A DNA stretch of 64,000 nucleotides from NCBI GenBank assembly GCA_002839505.1, contig PGYE01000001.1, positions 230,459-294,458 of the forward strand, in the 5' to 3' direction. The position numbers and the translations under genes are program-made. The stretch comes from Candidatus Peregrinibacteria bacterium HGW-Peregrinibacteria-1 (GTDB lineage Bacteria > Patescibacteriota > Gracilibacteria > UBA1369 > LOWO2-01-FULL-3). Under the pieces are notes generated by a model. The model searched no databases. It was not told the DNA's origin and worked only from the letters and a program-made list of their open reading frames with translations. Positions 37,569 through 46,479 of this stretch are shown in pieces (the first letter of the stretch is position 1; each line of letters begins with the position of its first letter).

Positions 37569-38333
37569 ATGGACCAAAAAAAACTCGACCTATCAAATAG
37601 GTTATATATTTTAACAATTGTTCTGGTCGTTCTGATATTAGCATCAGTCAGCACACAGGTTGTCTCATCATGGAAGTCTTTTAGTGGAGACTATGTACGC
37701 GAATTATCGGTTGAGGGCACAGGTAAGGTCAGTGTGTCACCTGATTTAGCGACAGTCTCAGTCGGACTTGAGACCAAAGGCGATGTTTTATCCGATCTCT
37801 TAACTGAAAACAGCACCAAGACTAATGCCATCATCGCCGGAATCGTTGCTCTCGGAGTTGAAGAGAAGGACATTATGACACAAGAATATTATGTGAACCC
37901 AAACTATGACTACACTCCGGAAAGAGGAAGTTTTGAAGACGGCTACATAGTCCAACAAAACCTCGTTATCAAGGTGCGCGACTTTAGCTTGCTTGGACAG
38001 GTTACAGCGACAGCCACAGCAAACGGAGCGAATCGTATATCAGGATTAGGATTCACCGTTGAAAACCCTGAAGTTGCCAAAGCGGAGGCTCGTGAAAAAG
38101 CCATCGCCAATGCTAAAGAAAAGGCCGAAGAAATTGCCGAACAATCCGGAATTAGGCTTGGTAAAATCGTTAACTTCTGGGAAGTAAATGACGACTATTA
38201 CATGCCATATAAAGGATATGGAGGAGTATCTATGGACATGGCAGTATCCTCAGAAGGTAGCGTGGAAACACCAATTATGACCGGGACACAAGACATTACC
38301 GTTAGCGTCAGCCTTTCCTACAAGATCAAATAA
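37569..38333 (+). CDS. SIMPL-domain (DUF541) periplasmic/secreted protein
   Basis: 254 aa. N-terminal TM anchor, then ...GTGKVSVSPDLATVSVGLETKG... and ...AREKAIANAKEKAEEIAEQSGIRLGKIV..., typical of the SIMPL / 26-kDa immunogenic protein family. Confidence 0.75.
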   Translation: MDQKKLDLSNRLYILTIVLVVLILASVSTQVVSSWKSFSGDYVRELSVEGTGKVSVSPDLATVSVGLETKGDVLSDLLTENSTKTNAIIAGIVALGVEEKDIMTQEYYVNPNYDYTPERGSFEDGYIVQQNLVIKVRDFSLLGQVTATATANGANRISGLGFTVENPEVAKAEAREKAIANAKEKAEEIAEQSGIRLGKIVNFWEVNDDYYMPYKGYGGVSMDMAVSSEGSVETPIMTGTQDITVSVSLSYKIK

Positions 38334-38364
38334 GGATTGATAATAGCGACTTGATCATTCAACT

Positions 38365-38395
38365 AAAAAGCCCCCGTTGGAAACGGGGGCTTTTT
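38365..38395. terminator. Bidirectional hairpin terminator between convergent genes
   Basis: 13-bp stem aaaaagcccccgt / acgggggcttttt, with an A-run and a T-run on either side. Confidence 0.85.
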
Positions 38396-38428
38396 CAAAG
38401 GTCTCTTTTATAATCTAACTTAGTCAGA

Positions 38429-39415
38429 TTATTGTAAAGGCATTGCATCTTCCGGAACTTCTACCGTAACAACTTTATTGAAGTTACTGTAAGTCACATC
38501 AGCAGTCACCTTAACAGCATTTGGATCATCACTTGTTCTCTCCTCTTCAGGAATAGTTACAAGCGCATCAACCACAAATCTCTTAAGATCTCCGCTCTTA
38601 GAGTCAATCCATACTTGTACTGCGATATCAGAATTGGCCAAAACATTATCCATTTCAGTCAGCTCTTCTTGTGTTACGACCTCACCAACAAGCTCACCGT
38701 AGGCCACGATGAAAGATTTAAGTCCTTCTTGATCCAAATCACCAGTAAAGTGGTAAACACCCTTCTCAGTTGAAACATCTTCTACATTTGTGAATAAAGA
38801 AGCATCTCTGATCAACTGCTTCACTGCCTCCACTTGCTCAGTGTCAAGATCGGCAATATCATCATTAGCTTCAATCTCAACATCAGCAACAACATCATCG
38901 TCAACTTCAAGCTCAACATTAACATCTTCCATAACATCATCCAAAGCTATAGACCACCACTGATCGCTAAACATTGCCACCATTTCAGCAGGAACAACTG
39001 AATCCAGGTTCTCTAGGTTGCTCACCATTAGGTAAGCCGTGTTGTCAAGAAGACGAACATCCAACTGTCCTGTCATATCAGCATCACCACCCATTGAAAC
39101 TTTCCCGCCAATATTTAGGTTCAACTTTGGCATAACAGGGTTAGACACATCTCCCTCACCGGCCATAGTCAAAGACGCATTCAAAGGCACAAGACCTCCG
39201 ACCAATTCTAGAGCCAATAGACCATCAAATTCATATGAATTCAAATCTGCCATCTTGCTGAAAGAATCATTCAAAACTTGTTGAGCCGCCTCAGCTGTTA
39301 ATCGATCCGTAGAAGAGACATCTTGCGATCCATCTTCAGTATTACCGCTATTACAAGCGGAGAGAGCCATAATAGACATCATTGCCATTACAGCCAAAAA
39401 AGTTTTCTTAACCAT
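38429..39415 (-). CDS. Putative lipoprotein (acidic, 328 aa)
   Basis: Signal peptide with a lipobox-like ...MALSAC followed by NSGN. No recognisable domain. Confidence 0.65.
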   Translation of the reverse strand: MVKKTFLAVMAMMSIMALSACNSGNTEDGSQDVSSTDRLTAEAAQQVLNDSFSKMADLNSYEFDGLLALELVGGLVPLNASLTMAGEGDVSNPVMPKLNLNIGGKVSMGGDADMTGQLDVRLLDNTAYLMVSNLENLDSVVPAEMVAMFSDQWWSIALDDVMEDVNVELEVDDDVVADVEIEANDDIADLDTEQVEAVKQLIRDASLFTNVEDVSTEKGVYHFTGDLDQEGLKSFIVAYGELVGEVVTQEELTEMDNVLANSDIAVQVWIDSKSGDLKRFVVDALVTIPEEERTSDDPNAVKVTADVTYSNFNKVVTVEVPEDAMPLQ

Positions 39416-39485
39416 ATTGTTAATATTAAATTATTAAGATAAGTGTCAGGAGGATATTTGAAGGTCTTCAATTTGTCAATTTCGG

Positions 39486-40109
39486 CTACTTTCTCGCCTT
39501 TACAAGCTGATTAATCCATGTTCTGTCTTCTATCACCAACTCATCATTTTCAATCTTAAAAAACTCATACTCCAACTTTGAAATAACATCCTCCGGCCGA
39601 TGATAATACGACTCTATCACAATGGATTCCCCGCTCATCGTCTCCACCTTCGGTGGTTTTCTCTGATTCACATTAGACAGCAAAAAGACTCCCCCAGGCT
39701 TCAAGACGCGATAAACCTCCCGGAAAACATCCGCTGGATCCTTTAAATGAACAATTAAAAACATCGCCACAACTAAATCAAAACTATTATCCGCAAACGG
39801 CATATTAAGCCCGTCTGTCTTCACTTTCTCGATTCTTGGAAATTTCTTTCCTATAAATTTCAACATCGTCTCAGATATATCAGCTGCCACCACCTCACAA
39901 CCCAAATCTAGGATTTTCGGAATATTGCGACCGGTACCGCACCCCAAATCCAACGCCTTCCCGCCACTAACATCTCGAGTTAACTTCTCAAAAGCACCTT
40001 GTTCAAAGCCCTCCAAAAACTTGGAACTCTTATCATAATTAGCTCCATAGAGATCATAACCTTCCTCCACCTCATAAAAAATCCTGCCTATTTTTCCCTT
40101 AAAACTCAT
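39486..40109 (-). CDS. Class I SAM-dependent methyltransferase
   Basis: ALDLGCGTGRN motif I, DLVVAMFLIVHL and LKPGGVFLLS motifs. The ORF track extends to 40160; Met at 40109 (MSFKGKIG...) is the more plausible start. Confidence 0.8.
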   Translation of the reverse strand: MSFKGKIGRIFYEVEEGYDLYGANYDKSSKFLEGFEQGAFEKLTRDVSGGKALDLGCGTGRNIPKILDLGCEVVAADISETMLKFIGKKFPRIEKVKTDGLNMPFADNSFDLVVAMFLIVHLKDPADVFREVYRVLKPGGVFLLSNVNQRKPPKVETMSGESIVIESYYHRPEDVISKLEYEFFKIENDELVIEDRTWINQLVKARK

Positions 40110-40184
40110 ATAAATAATAAATACACCTTTAAAATTTACACCAGTTTTCCTATAATTCAAACAAACTTACATAATCACAACCAC

Positions 40185-40559
40185 ATGGGATCAGGCGGAT
40201 ACAAAGGAAACATGCGCGAAATAGACGATACTCGCGGTTCACTTCGAGATGATGCTTTTAATAATATCATTGAGCGAATAGTCTCAGCTGGAGGTAAAAT
40301 CGTTACCGACGAAGAATTTCCGCTATATAATGAGGTTGGACTTCAGGAGCTGGAAACCGGATCAATGCGTGAAATCGAATTTGATCTCAATAAGAAGGAG
40401 TTCAAACTAACTCGCAAAGTACAAACTGATATTATTCTCGGAGAAGGTAATCAAAAGCATCTGGAAGCATTAAAGACACCAAAAATTGAGTTAAAACTTC
40501 AATTAAAAAGCCCAAACGGCAACGACTGGGTCAACATAGACATAGACGAATTGATGTAG
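40185..40559 (+). CDS. Hypothetical protein (124 aa)
   Basis: The ORF-track ORF (39999-40559) overlaps the divergent methyltransferase gene. The first ATG outside that gene is at 40185 (MGSGGYKGNMREIDD...). No recognisable domain. Confidence 0.45.
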   Translation: MGSGGYKGNMREIDDTRGSLRDDAFNNIIERIVSAGGKIVTDEEFPLYNEVGLQELETGSMREIEFDLNKKEFKLTRKVQTDIILGEGNQKHLEALKTPKIELKLQLKSPNGNDWVNIDIDELM

Positions 40560-40633
40560 GAACACCACACTGGCATTTGACAAGTGGCCTGAAAGCAACT
40601 ATAGTCAAATACTTTTGTTGTCCACCTAACCAT

Positions 40634-41437
40634 ATGCCACAAGATTTATTGCGACAAATTGGTTTTTCAAGGGTTGAATCTAAAATCTACCTCTATCTTC
40701 TAAAAGTCGGACCACAGCCGACATCTGTTATTTCTACAAACCTCGGTATCAACCGGACAACTGCCTATCAAATCACCAAGCAGCTTGTTGAAAAAGGGAT
40801 TCTGCATACAACTCAGAAGCATGGTATCAACCACCTCAATCCTCTTAATCCCCACGAACTTATCTCATATATCGAACTGGAAGAAAAAGAAGTCTTGAAA
40901 ACATATGAAAAGACCAAACTCGAATTGATAAGAGCAATCGACAAACTAAAGGACATCTCGATTAAGCAAGATGTTTCGCCCAAAATAAGAGTTTATCAAG
41001 GAAAAGGTGGCTTAAAACAGGCCTACATTGACACCCTCAGTTCACAAGGGCCACTTTTGGCCTACTCAAATTTTCAATCTATGCACGCCGCCTTACCGGG
41101 GTTTTTTCCTGAATATTATACCCTTAGGGCCGGCAAAAAAATCCCCGCCTTCTGTTTATGCCCCGATAACCATGAATCCCGCGAGCGCAGCAAATCAAAC
41201 AAAAAAGAGCTTAGAGAAACAGTATTAGTGCCAGAAAAACAATTCACTTTTTCACCAGAGCTCATCATTTACAACGACAAAGTCATCATCATGTCCTGGG
41301 AAGAAAAAACCGCAACCATAATTGAATCCGAAGATATCGCCAATCTTCACCGAAGAATATTCCAGCTCACTTGGAATCATGCCAAATTGATCACCAATCA
41401 ACTCTTGGATACCACAACACTATTCGCCAAAAAGTAA
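40634..41437 (+). CDS. TrmB-family (winged-helix) transcriptional regulator
   Basis: N-terminal LLRQIGFSRVESKIYLYLLKVGPQPTSVISTNLGINRTTAYQITKQLVEKGIL matches the TrmB-type HTH. ATG at 40634; the ORF track starts at TTG 40577. Confidence 0.7.
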   Translation: MPQDLLRQIGFSRVESKIYLYLLKVGPQPTSVISTNLGINRTTAYQITKQLVEKGILHTTQKHGINHLNPLNPHELISYIELEEKEVLKTYEKTKLELIRAIDKLKDISIKQDVSPKIRVYQGKGGLKQAYIDTLSSQGPLLAYSNFQSMHAALPGFFPEYYTLRAGKKIPAFCLCPDNHESRERSKSNKKELRETVLVPEKQFTFSPELIIYNDKVIIMSWEEKTATIIESEDIANLHRRIFQLTWNHAKLITNQLLDTTTLFAKK

Positions 41438-41454
41438 TCAAAAAATATCTTCTC

Positions 41455-41483
41455 TTGCCAAAACGGAATATTTACCGTAAAAT
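41455..41483 (+). promoter_or_regulatory. Sigma70-like promoter of the RRM-protein gene
   Basis: TTGCCA (41455-41460), 17 nt, TAAAAT (41478-41483). Predicts a leader of about 118 nt. Confidence 0.55.
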
Positions 41484-41607
41484 CCACAGTGCAAGTTTGA
41501 AAGAAAGGCAAATATATACAATAGATACTATTTCTAAAGTTACGTTCGCATTCGTCAGCTGGCTGTGGATTACATTCACACTTTTTATTTCTTTTTTATT
41601 TCACACA

Positions 41608-41865
41608 ATGAGTAAAAAACTATTTATAGGTAACATCGCCTGGACTGCCAGTGATGAAGACCTAAAAGCCCTATTTTCCCAACACGGAGAAGTAGAAGAA
41701 GCCATTATCATTACCGACAGATTTTCTGGACGTTCTAAAGGATTTGGTTTTGTAACTTTCGTAAACGATGCTGATGCACTTAGTGCACTTGAAGCTCTAA
41801 ACGGACATGACCTTAATGGTCGTGAAATCAATGTTAGTGAAGCTCGTCCTCAAGAGGATCGCTAA
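41608..41865 (+). CDS. RRM-type RNA-binding protein
   Basis: 85 aa from ATG 41608. RNP2 LFIGNI and RNP1 KGFGFVTF motifs. Confidence 0.9.
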   Translation: MSKKLFIGNIAWTASDEDLKALFSQHGEVEEAIIITDRFSGRSKGFGFVTFVNDADALSALEALNGHDLNGREINVSEARPQEDR

Positions 41866-41886
41866 ATCACAACCTGATACTACAAC

Positions 41887-41918
41887 AAAAGAGATCCTAG
41901 GAAACTAGGATCTCTTTT
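41887..41918. terminator. Bidirectional hairpin terminator that overlaps the 3' end of ybeY
   Basis: 14-bp perfect stem aaaagagatcctag / ctaggatctctttt with a GAAA loop. The ybeY stop codon (41897-41899) lies inside the stem. Confidence 0.8.
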
Positions 41919-42352
41919 GCGTAGCCCTCCATTTCTTGCTCTTCTTCATCATCGTTGTGATCATAACCCAACACATGCAAGACACCATGAACAAACAAAA
42001 TCTCAAATTCCTTATCCAAAGTATGGTTTTTGTCTACAGACTGCCGCCTAGCAGTATCAATCGAGATAAAAATATCGCCTACCTCCAACTCATCAGACTC
42101 CTCTATCCAGTAATCACCATCACTAAAATATTCAAATGAAATAACATCAGTTGGCTTATCATAGCCCCTATAATCACGATTAATTTCTCTAATTTCATCA
42201 TCATCAACTATCATCAAATTAATTACACCTTCTCGTTCATCAGTCCGTTCATCAATATCCTCTTTCATTACATCATTAATTCTCGACATCAGATCTTCGA
42301 AAATATTTTTTTCAACCTCGGGAAACTTACTTGAAAAGAGGAGTTTTATCAT
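41897..42352 (-). CDS. ybeY: Endoribonuclease YbeY (rRNA maturation)
   Basis: 151 aa with the zinc motif HGVLHVLGYDH. Confidence 0.9.
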   Translation of the reverse strand: MIKLLFSSKFPEVEKNIFEDLMSRINDVMKEDIDERTDEREGVINLMIVDDDEIREINRDYRGYDKPTDVISFEYFSDGDYWIEESDELEVGDIFISIDTARRQSVDKNHTLDKEFEILFVHGVLHVLGYDHNDDEEEQEMEGYAKEILVS

Positions 42353-42396
42353 TTTGCATAAAAAATTTAGTACAATTAGTTAGCCTAATTTAACAC

Positions 42397-42924
42397 TTAA
42401 ATTCTTCTTTGACTATCATATAAAATTATTCCCGCACAAGTTGCGACATTCAGAGAGTTCGCCCGCCCTTTCATTGGCAAATATACCGCTCTATCACAGG
42501 CTTTAACCACCTCATCGTCAACCCCTTGAACCTCATGCCCTAAGACAAAACAAACCGGAAACTTATAATTTGCCTCACAATACAACTCTCCATCATCGGT
42601 AATTTCTACTGCCACCACCTCTACCCCTTCCTTTTTCATCCTTTTTACCGCATCCATTGTGTTTTCGTAGTATTCAAAAGGCACCAACTCCTCTGCTCCC
42701 AGAGCGGTTTTAGCTATTTCTCCACGCGGCGGAACCCCGGTCATTCCACAAAGAAATATCTTAGACACGCCCACCGCATCGGCACTGCGAAATATCGCAC
42801 CAACATTATGTAAGCTCCTCAAATTATCCAGTATCAAAAAAATTGGACTACGCGCCATATCCCTTACAGTTTCTACACTGGGCTTTCTATCTTGTATTTC
42901 TTCAAAGCTCAGTTTCCGTCTCAT
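42397..42924 (-). CDS. SpoU/TrmH-family RNA 2'-O-methyltransferase
   Basis: 175 aa. NVGAIFRSADAVG, GHEVQGV and ANSLNVATCAGIILY motifs of SPOUT methyltransferases. Confidence 0.85.
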   Translation of the reverse strand: MRRKLSFEEIQDRKPSVETVRDMARSPIFLILDNLRSLHNVGAIFRSADAVGVSKIFLCGMTGVPPRGEIAKTALGAEELVPFEYYENTMDAVKRMKKEGVEVVAVEITDDGELYCEANYKFPVCFVLGHEVQGVDDEVVKACDRAVYLPMKGRANSLNVATCAGIILYDSQRRI

Positions 42925-44980
42925 CTTCCTCTTGTGGTAATGTATTTAGATATTTAATAGTTTTTTCCAAAAGCGCCTCTGTCTCACGACTGGTAATCGG
43001 CTCATCTGGGCGGAAGTAATCATCTTGATTTATAATTTCAGCCTCGACAGCAAAATTCACATATCTAAAATACCAAGAAGTCTCATCAATATCTTCGCTA
43101 ATATCCTTAAAAATCGACTTTCTAACTTGATCCCGATACTCAACCTCATATTTAGGATAAACCAAATCAGCAGCCTCCAGCACAACCTTCAATGCTTGTA
43201 TTCTTGAAATCCTTTCTTGTGGCAAAAATGGAGTGTTATTTTGATATAAAAACCCATTAACGACGCCCAGTAGAGTAGCTAAATTGATGTCATCATAGTA
43301 AGGGTCGCCCATATTTACATCTGGATACAGCCTCAAGGTATCTCCCAGCTCCATCTCATCAAACCTCGAAACCGTCACGAAATTATACAAACAAAACTCT
43401 AAATAACCCATACATTGATCCAAGTACTCTTTCTTCTTTTCCTTTAATCCTAGATCTTGCACCACCTCTGAGACAAACGCACCTCTCTCGATATAGTCTA
43501 AGCTCGAATCAAATTCCTTGTATTCACCAATAAAACCTTCATCCCCATTAAGGAGATAAAATCGGCCATTATCTATCGAATCCGGACCATCATTATACCT
43601 TGCCCCAACCGCCAAATCATTATAACCGTCATTATTGAAATCCAGCACCTCTAAAGCCGATCCAAACCAATCTCCAGCGTCGTCACCATATAAAATTTCA
43701 TCCACCTCATAGTATTTCACCGTATAATGACTTTTAGTCCAAGCCTCATCTGACGGACCACCATATAGTACATATACATTTCCACTGGTAGCCTTCAGAT
43801 TTGCACTCACTCCTGGTGCCCCTAAAATAATATCCTTGTGCCCATCATTATTTAGATCCGCCACTTTTACATCATAAGCCATCATACGCCCGTTTAAAGG
43901 GCCGTTTATCTCTATTTTAGTCAAAATCTTGGCATTAATTGCTGTTTGCTTGTCAATTATAAACTGATGGCCGAGTATCACGCCCACCTTGCCGTCAAAG
44001 TCAGGATTCTTGTAAGGGAAATAGCTAGCTACAATGTCCCCGAACCCATCACCATTAATATCGCCGACATCAATATCCCAACCTAGCCAGCCATACTCAA
44101 TATCTCCATATATTTTTAAAATCTCCGTAGTTTGACCCACTGCCCGTGGATTAAAAGTATAAACATATAAACTTCCTTCTTCATTTATACCGTCCATATA
44201 TGCTCCTACAATCAGTTCTTTCGCTCCATCACCGTTGATATCTTCAAACTTTATCGCATTTCCAAATCTACTCTTCTCATTTTTGCCTTTTAAAACAAAA
44301 CTAAAATCATTCTTCACTCCGCGATTACTCCCAACATATCCAAAAACACGCCCCTCCGCCAACAATGGAGCGCCTACCACAAGATCATCGATACTATCAT
44401 TATTAAAATCTTCCACAGTAAGCTCCAAACCAAAACCATCTTCATAGTCGACACTATTATGCAACACAACCGCATCGCTTACCTCTTCCACTCTGGCCGC
44501 ATTATCAAACATGCTGTTTCCATATAGTATATGTACCATTCCTCTACGGGTCGCACTACCATCCTCCTTGATCTTATATGAACTTATCGCCAAATCATCT
44601 TTACCATCATTGTCAAAATCCCCACCCGCAAGCTCCAATCCGAATTGCTGGCGAGAAGTATTACCCAGGAAAACCTTAACGGGGGCCTTAACCGCATTTT
44701 CACCGCCTATAAAGACATAAACCGCACCAACCCACATCTTGTCCTCGGAAGAATGAAATGGAGCAGATATAGCCATATCATCGACGCCGTCACCATTGAA
44801 GTCGCCTTTTACCAAACTGGCACCAAATTGTTCACCCTCATACTCTCCAGCGTAAATCTCAGCTTTTTCTTGATCCCCCATGTATAATGAGTGATATGTC
44901 TCTAAACTCGCCCAAGCGGAACTAGTTGCAATCAACGCCAGAGCTGGCAAAGACACCAAGATTTTATTGAAATTAAGCAT
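42902..44980 (-). CDS. Secreted FG-GAP/VCBS-repeat beta-propeller protein with C-terminal SLH-like region
   Basis: 692 aa with a signal peptide (LPALALIATSSAWA). About 8 repeats of ...FGxxLxxGDFNGDGxDDLAIxAP... C-terminal ...FxDI...WYFRYVNFAVEAEII... resembles SLH. Confidence 0.8.
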   Translation of the reverse strand: MLNFNKILVSLPALALIATSSAWASLETYHSLYMGDQEKAEIYAGEYEGEQFGASLVKGDFNGDGVDDMAISAPFHSSEDKMWVGAVYVFIGGENAVKAPVKVFLGNTSRQQFGLELAGGDFDNDGKDDLAISSYKIKEDGSATRRGMVHILYGNSMFDNAARVEEVSDAVVLHNSVDYEDGFGLELTVEDFNNDSIDDLVVGAPLLAEGRVFGYVGSNRGVKNDFSFVLKGKNEKSRFGNAIKFEDINGDGAKELIVGAYMDGINEEGSLYVYTFNPRAVGQTTEILKIYGDIEYGWLGWDIDVGDINGDGFGDIVASYFPYKNPDFDGKVGVILGHQFIIDKQTAINAKILTKIEINGPLNGRMMAYDVKVADLNNDGHKDIILGAPGVSANLKATSGNVYVLYGGPSDEAWTKSHYTVKYYEVDEILYGDDAGDWFGSALEVLDFNNDGYNDLAVGARYNDGPDSIDNGRFYLLNGDEGFIGEYKEFDSSLDYIERGAFVSEVVQDLGLKEKKKEYLDQCMGYLEFCLYNFVTVSRFDEMELGDTLRLYPDVNMGDPYYDDINLATLLGVVNGFLYQNNTPFLPQERISRIQALKVVLEAADLVYPKYEVEYRDQVRKSIFKDISEDIDETSWYFRYVNFAVEAEIINQDDYFRPDEPITSRETEALLEKTIKYLNTLPQEEDETETEL

Positions 44981-45079
44981 AGAGGAGTGGTCGATATATA
45001 AATAAAAACAAGGATAAAAACATTATCCTTAACAGAAGCAACAAAATCAATCTTCTTGTACGAGCTATCACTGTTTATT

Positions 45080-45131
45080 CAAATCTTGCAATCAAATGTC
45101 TTGTGGTGTCGACATTTGATTGCAAGATTTG
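45080..45131. promoter_or_regulatory. Perfect 21-bp inverted repeat (10-nt spacer) upstream of the HTH gene
   Basis: caaatcttgcaatcaaatgtc (45080-45100) is the exact reverse complement of gacatttgattgcaagatttg (45111-45131). It lies in a divergent promoter region. TATAAT is at 45164-45169. Confidence 0.6.
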
Positions 45132-45175
45132 TCCACTTTGTCTATAGTTTGTCGTGTCGACAGTATAATATTTCT

Positions 45176-45844
45176 ATGTCTACTATGACAAACAATGAAA
45201 AATACAATTTAAGTAGAGCAAAAGCCGCAAAACTGCTTGGAGTCTCGGTTAGGACGGTAGACAGATATATAGCCGGCAAAAAACTGTCTATAGAGCGTAT
45301 TGATGGCAGAATATGGTTAAGCGAACACGAGGTTTTAGCTTTTAATAAGGGTTCAGGTGTAGTCGACAGCAGCGGCGGTAACAGCAAGGACAGAGTAGAC
45401 AAGCACATGCACGGAAGTAGACAATACGTCGACACTGTCCATGACAGTGTCGACGTCGTCAATATAGACACTGTCGACATTATGTCTAGACATGACAAGG
45501 GTAAAGAAAGGCCAACTACCAATTTTTATGAAAAGCTGTACCACAGTACAAAAAAGGAACTTAATCAGAAGCAAGAACGCTTAGAGATTGCTAATTACCG
45601 CGTTGGGCAACTTGAGGCCCAGATCAAAAATAGTATTTCAATGCTTGAATATCATCAGCAAAACAGCGAGGAGTTTCAGAAAATGAAACTCCTCGCTGCC
45701 AATATTACCGAAAACAAAGATAAATTTGATGCACTCAAAAGGGAAGTAAGATACGAAAGGCTCAACAAAAAAATTCTTGCCATTGTACTATTATTTTTGC
45801 TGGCATTACAGCCAATTTGGATCTTGTTAGTCTACAAAAGCTGA
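45176..45844 (+). CDS. Membrane-anchored DNA-binding protein (excisionase/MerR-type HTH + coiled coil + C-terminal TM)
   Basis: ATG 45176 lies 6 nt after TATAAT, so the transcript is probably leaderless. HTH is LSRAKAAKLLGVSVRTVDRYIAGKKLSIERIDGRIWL. Coiled coil (QERLEIANYRVGQLEAQIK). Terminal TM is ILAIVLLFLLALQPIWILLVY. The ORF-track start 45056 runs through the inverted repeat. Confidence 0.7.
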   Translation: MSTMTNNEKYNLSRAKAAKLLGVSVRTVDRYIAGKKLSIERIDGRIWLSEHEVLAFNKGSGVVDSSGGNSKDRVDKHMHGSRQYVDTVHDSVDVVNIDTVDIMSRHDKGKERPTTNFYEKLYHSTKKELNQKQERLEIANYRVGQLEAQIKNSISMLEYHQQNSEEFQKMKLLAANITENKDKFDALKREVRYERLNKKILAIVLLFLLALQPIWILLVYKS

Positions 45845-46477
45845 GTTTTGAGTAGTCGAGCCCATCTGTATAACCGACCTCGCCTCAACTTGAATAGCCA
45901 TATCCTTGTTTGAGTCCTTTATCCTGCTAATAATTCCACCTTGAGAATCAAGGATTTCCATTATTTTCTTTGAATCACCAATCCCCGCAAAAGTTATTGG
46001 GGGCGTGAGTATTTGACCGGCATAAAATATCTGACGATTTGGCAGTAAATCAAAGCCTGCTGTTGTTGTAGTGTGTCTTAAACCATTTATCGTCACTGAC
46101 TGAGCCCCAGCATTGAAAAGTTCATTTAGCATATCTGTCATCAATTCAGACCCGATATTTCCATCAAAAGTAATCACTACTCCTTCTCCAAATACGCCCA
46201 CTTGCCCTTCCAATTTCATCAGTTCATTAATTTCACTTTTCACTATTGCTAATGCTGATTCTTTATTAAAAAGTTGAGAGAGATTACTCTCAAGTTTACT
46301 TACTTCCTGCCTTAAAGCATCATTTTTACCTTTAAGGATCTTCAATTGTTGAAATATATTGTCAGTATTTTCCCGTGCCAATGTGCTATTTATCAGCTCA
46401 AAAGTCTTTACTTGGCTGACAATCAACATTCCCAGCAAAATCGATACTACCAGCATTGTTATCGTTCTTTGTGTCAT
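45827..46477 (-). CDS. DUF881-family division-associated membrane protein
   Basis: 216 aa. N-terminal TM, coiled coil, then ...GEGVVITFDG...LNELFNAGAQSVTINGLR..., the DUF881 (YlxW/YlxX-like) pattern. Confidence 0.75.
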   Translation of the reverse strand: MTQRTITMLVVSILLGMLIVSQVKTFELINSTLARENTDNIFQQLKILKGKNDALRQEVSKLESNLSQLFNKESALAIVKSEINELMKLEGQVGVFGEGVVITFDGNIGSELMTDMLNELFNAGAQSVTINGLRHTTTTAGFDLLPNRQIFYAGQILTPPITFAGIGDSKKIMEILDSQGGIISRIKDSNKDMAIQVEARSVIQMGSTTQNSAFVD

Positions 46478-46479
46478 TA

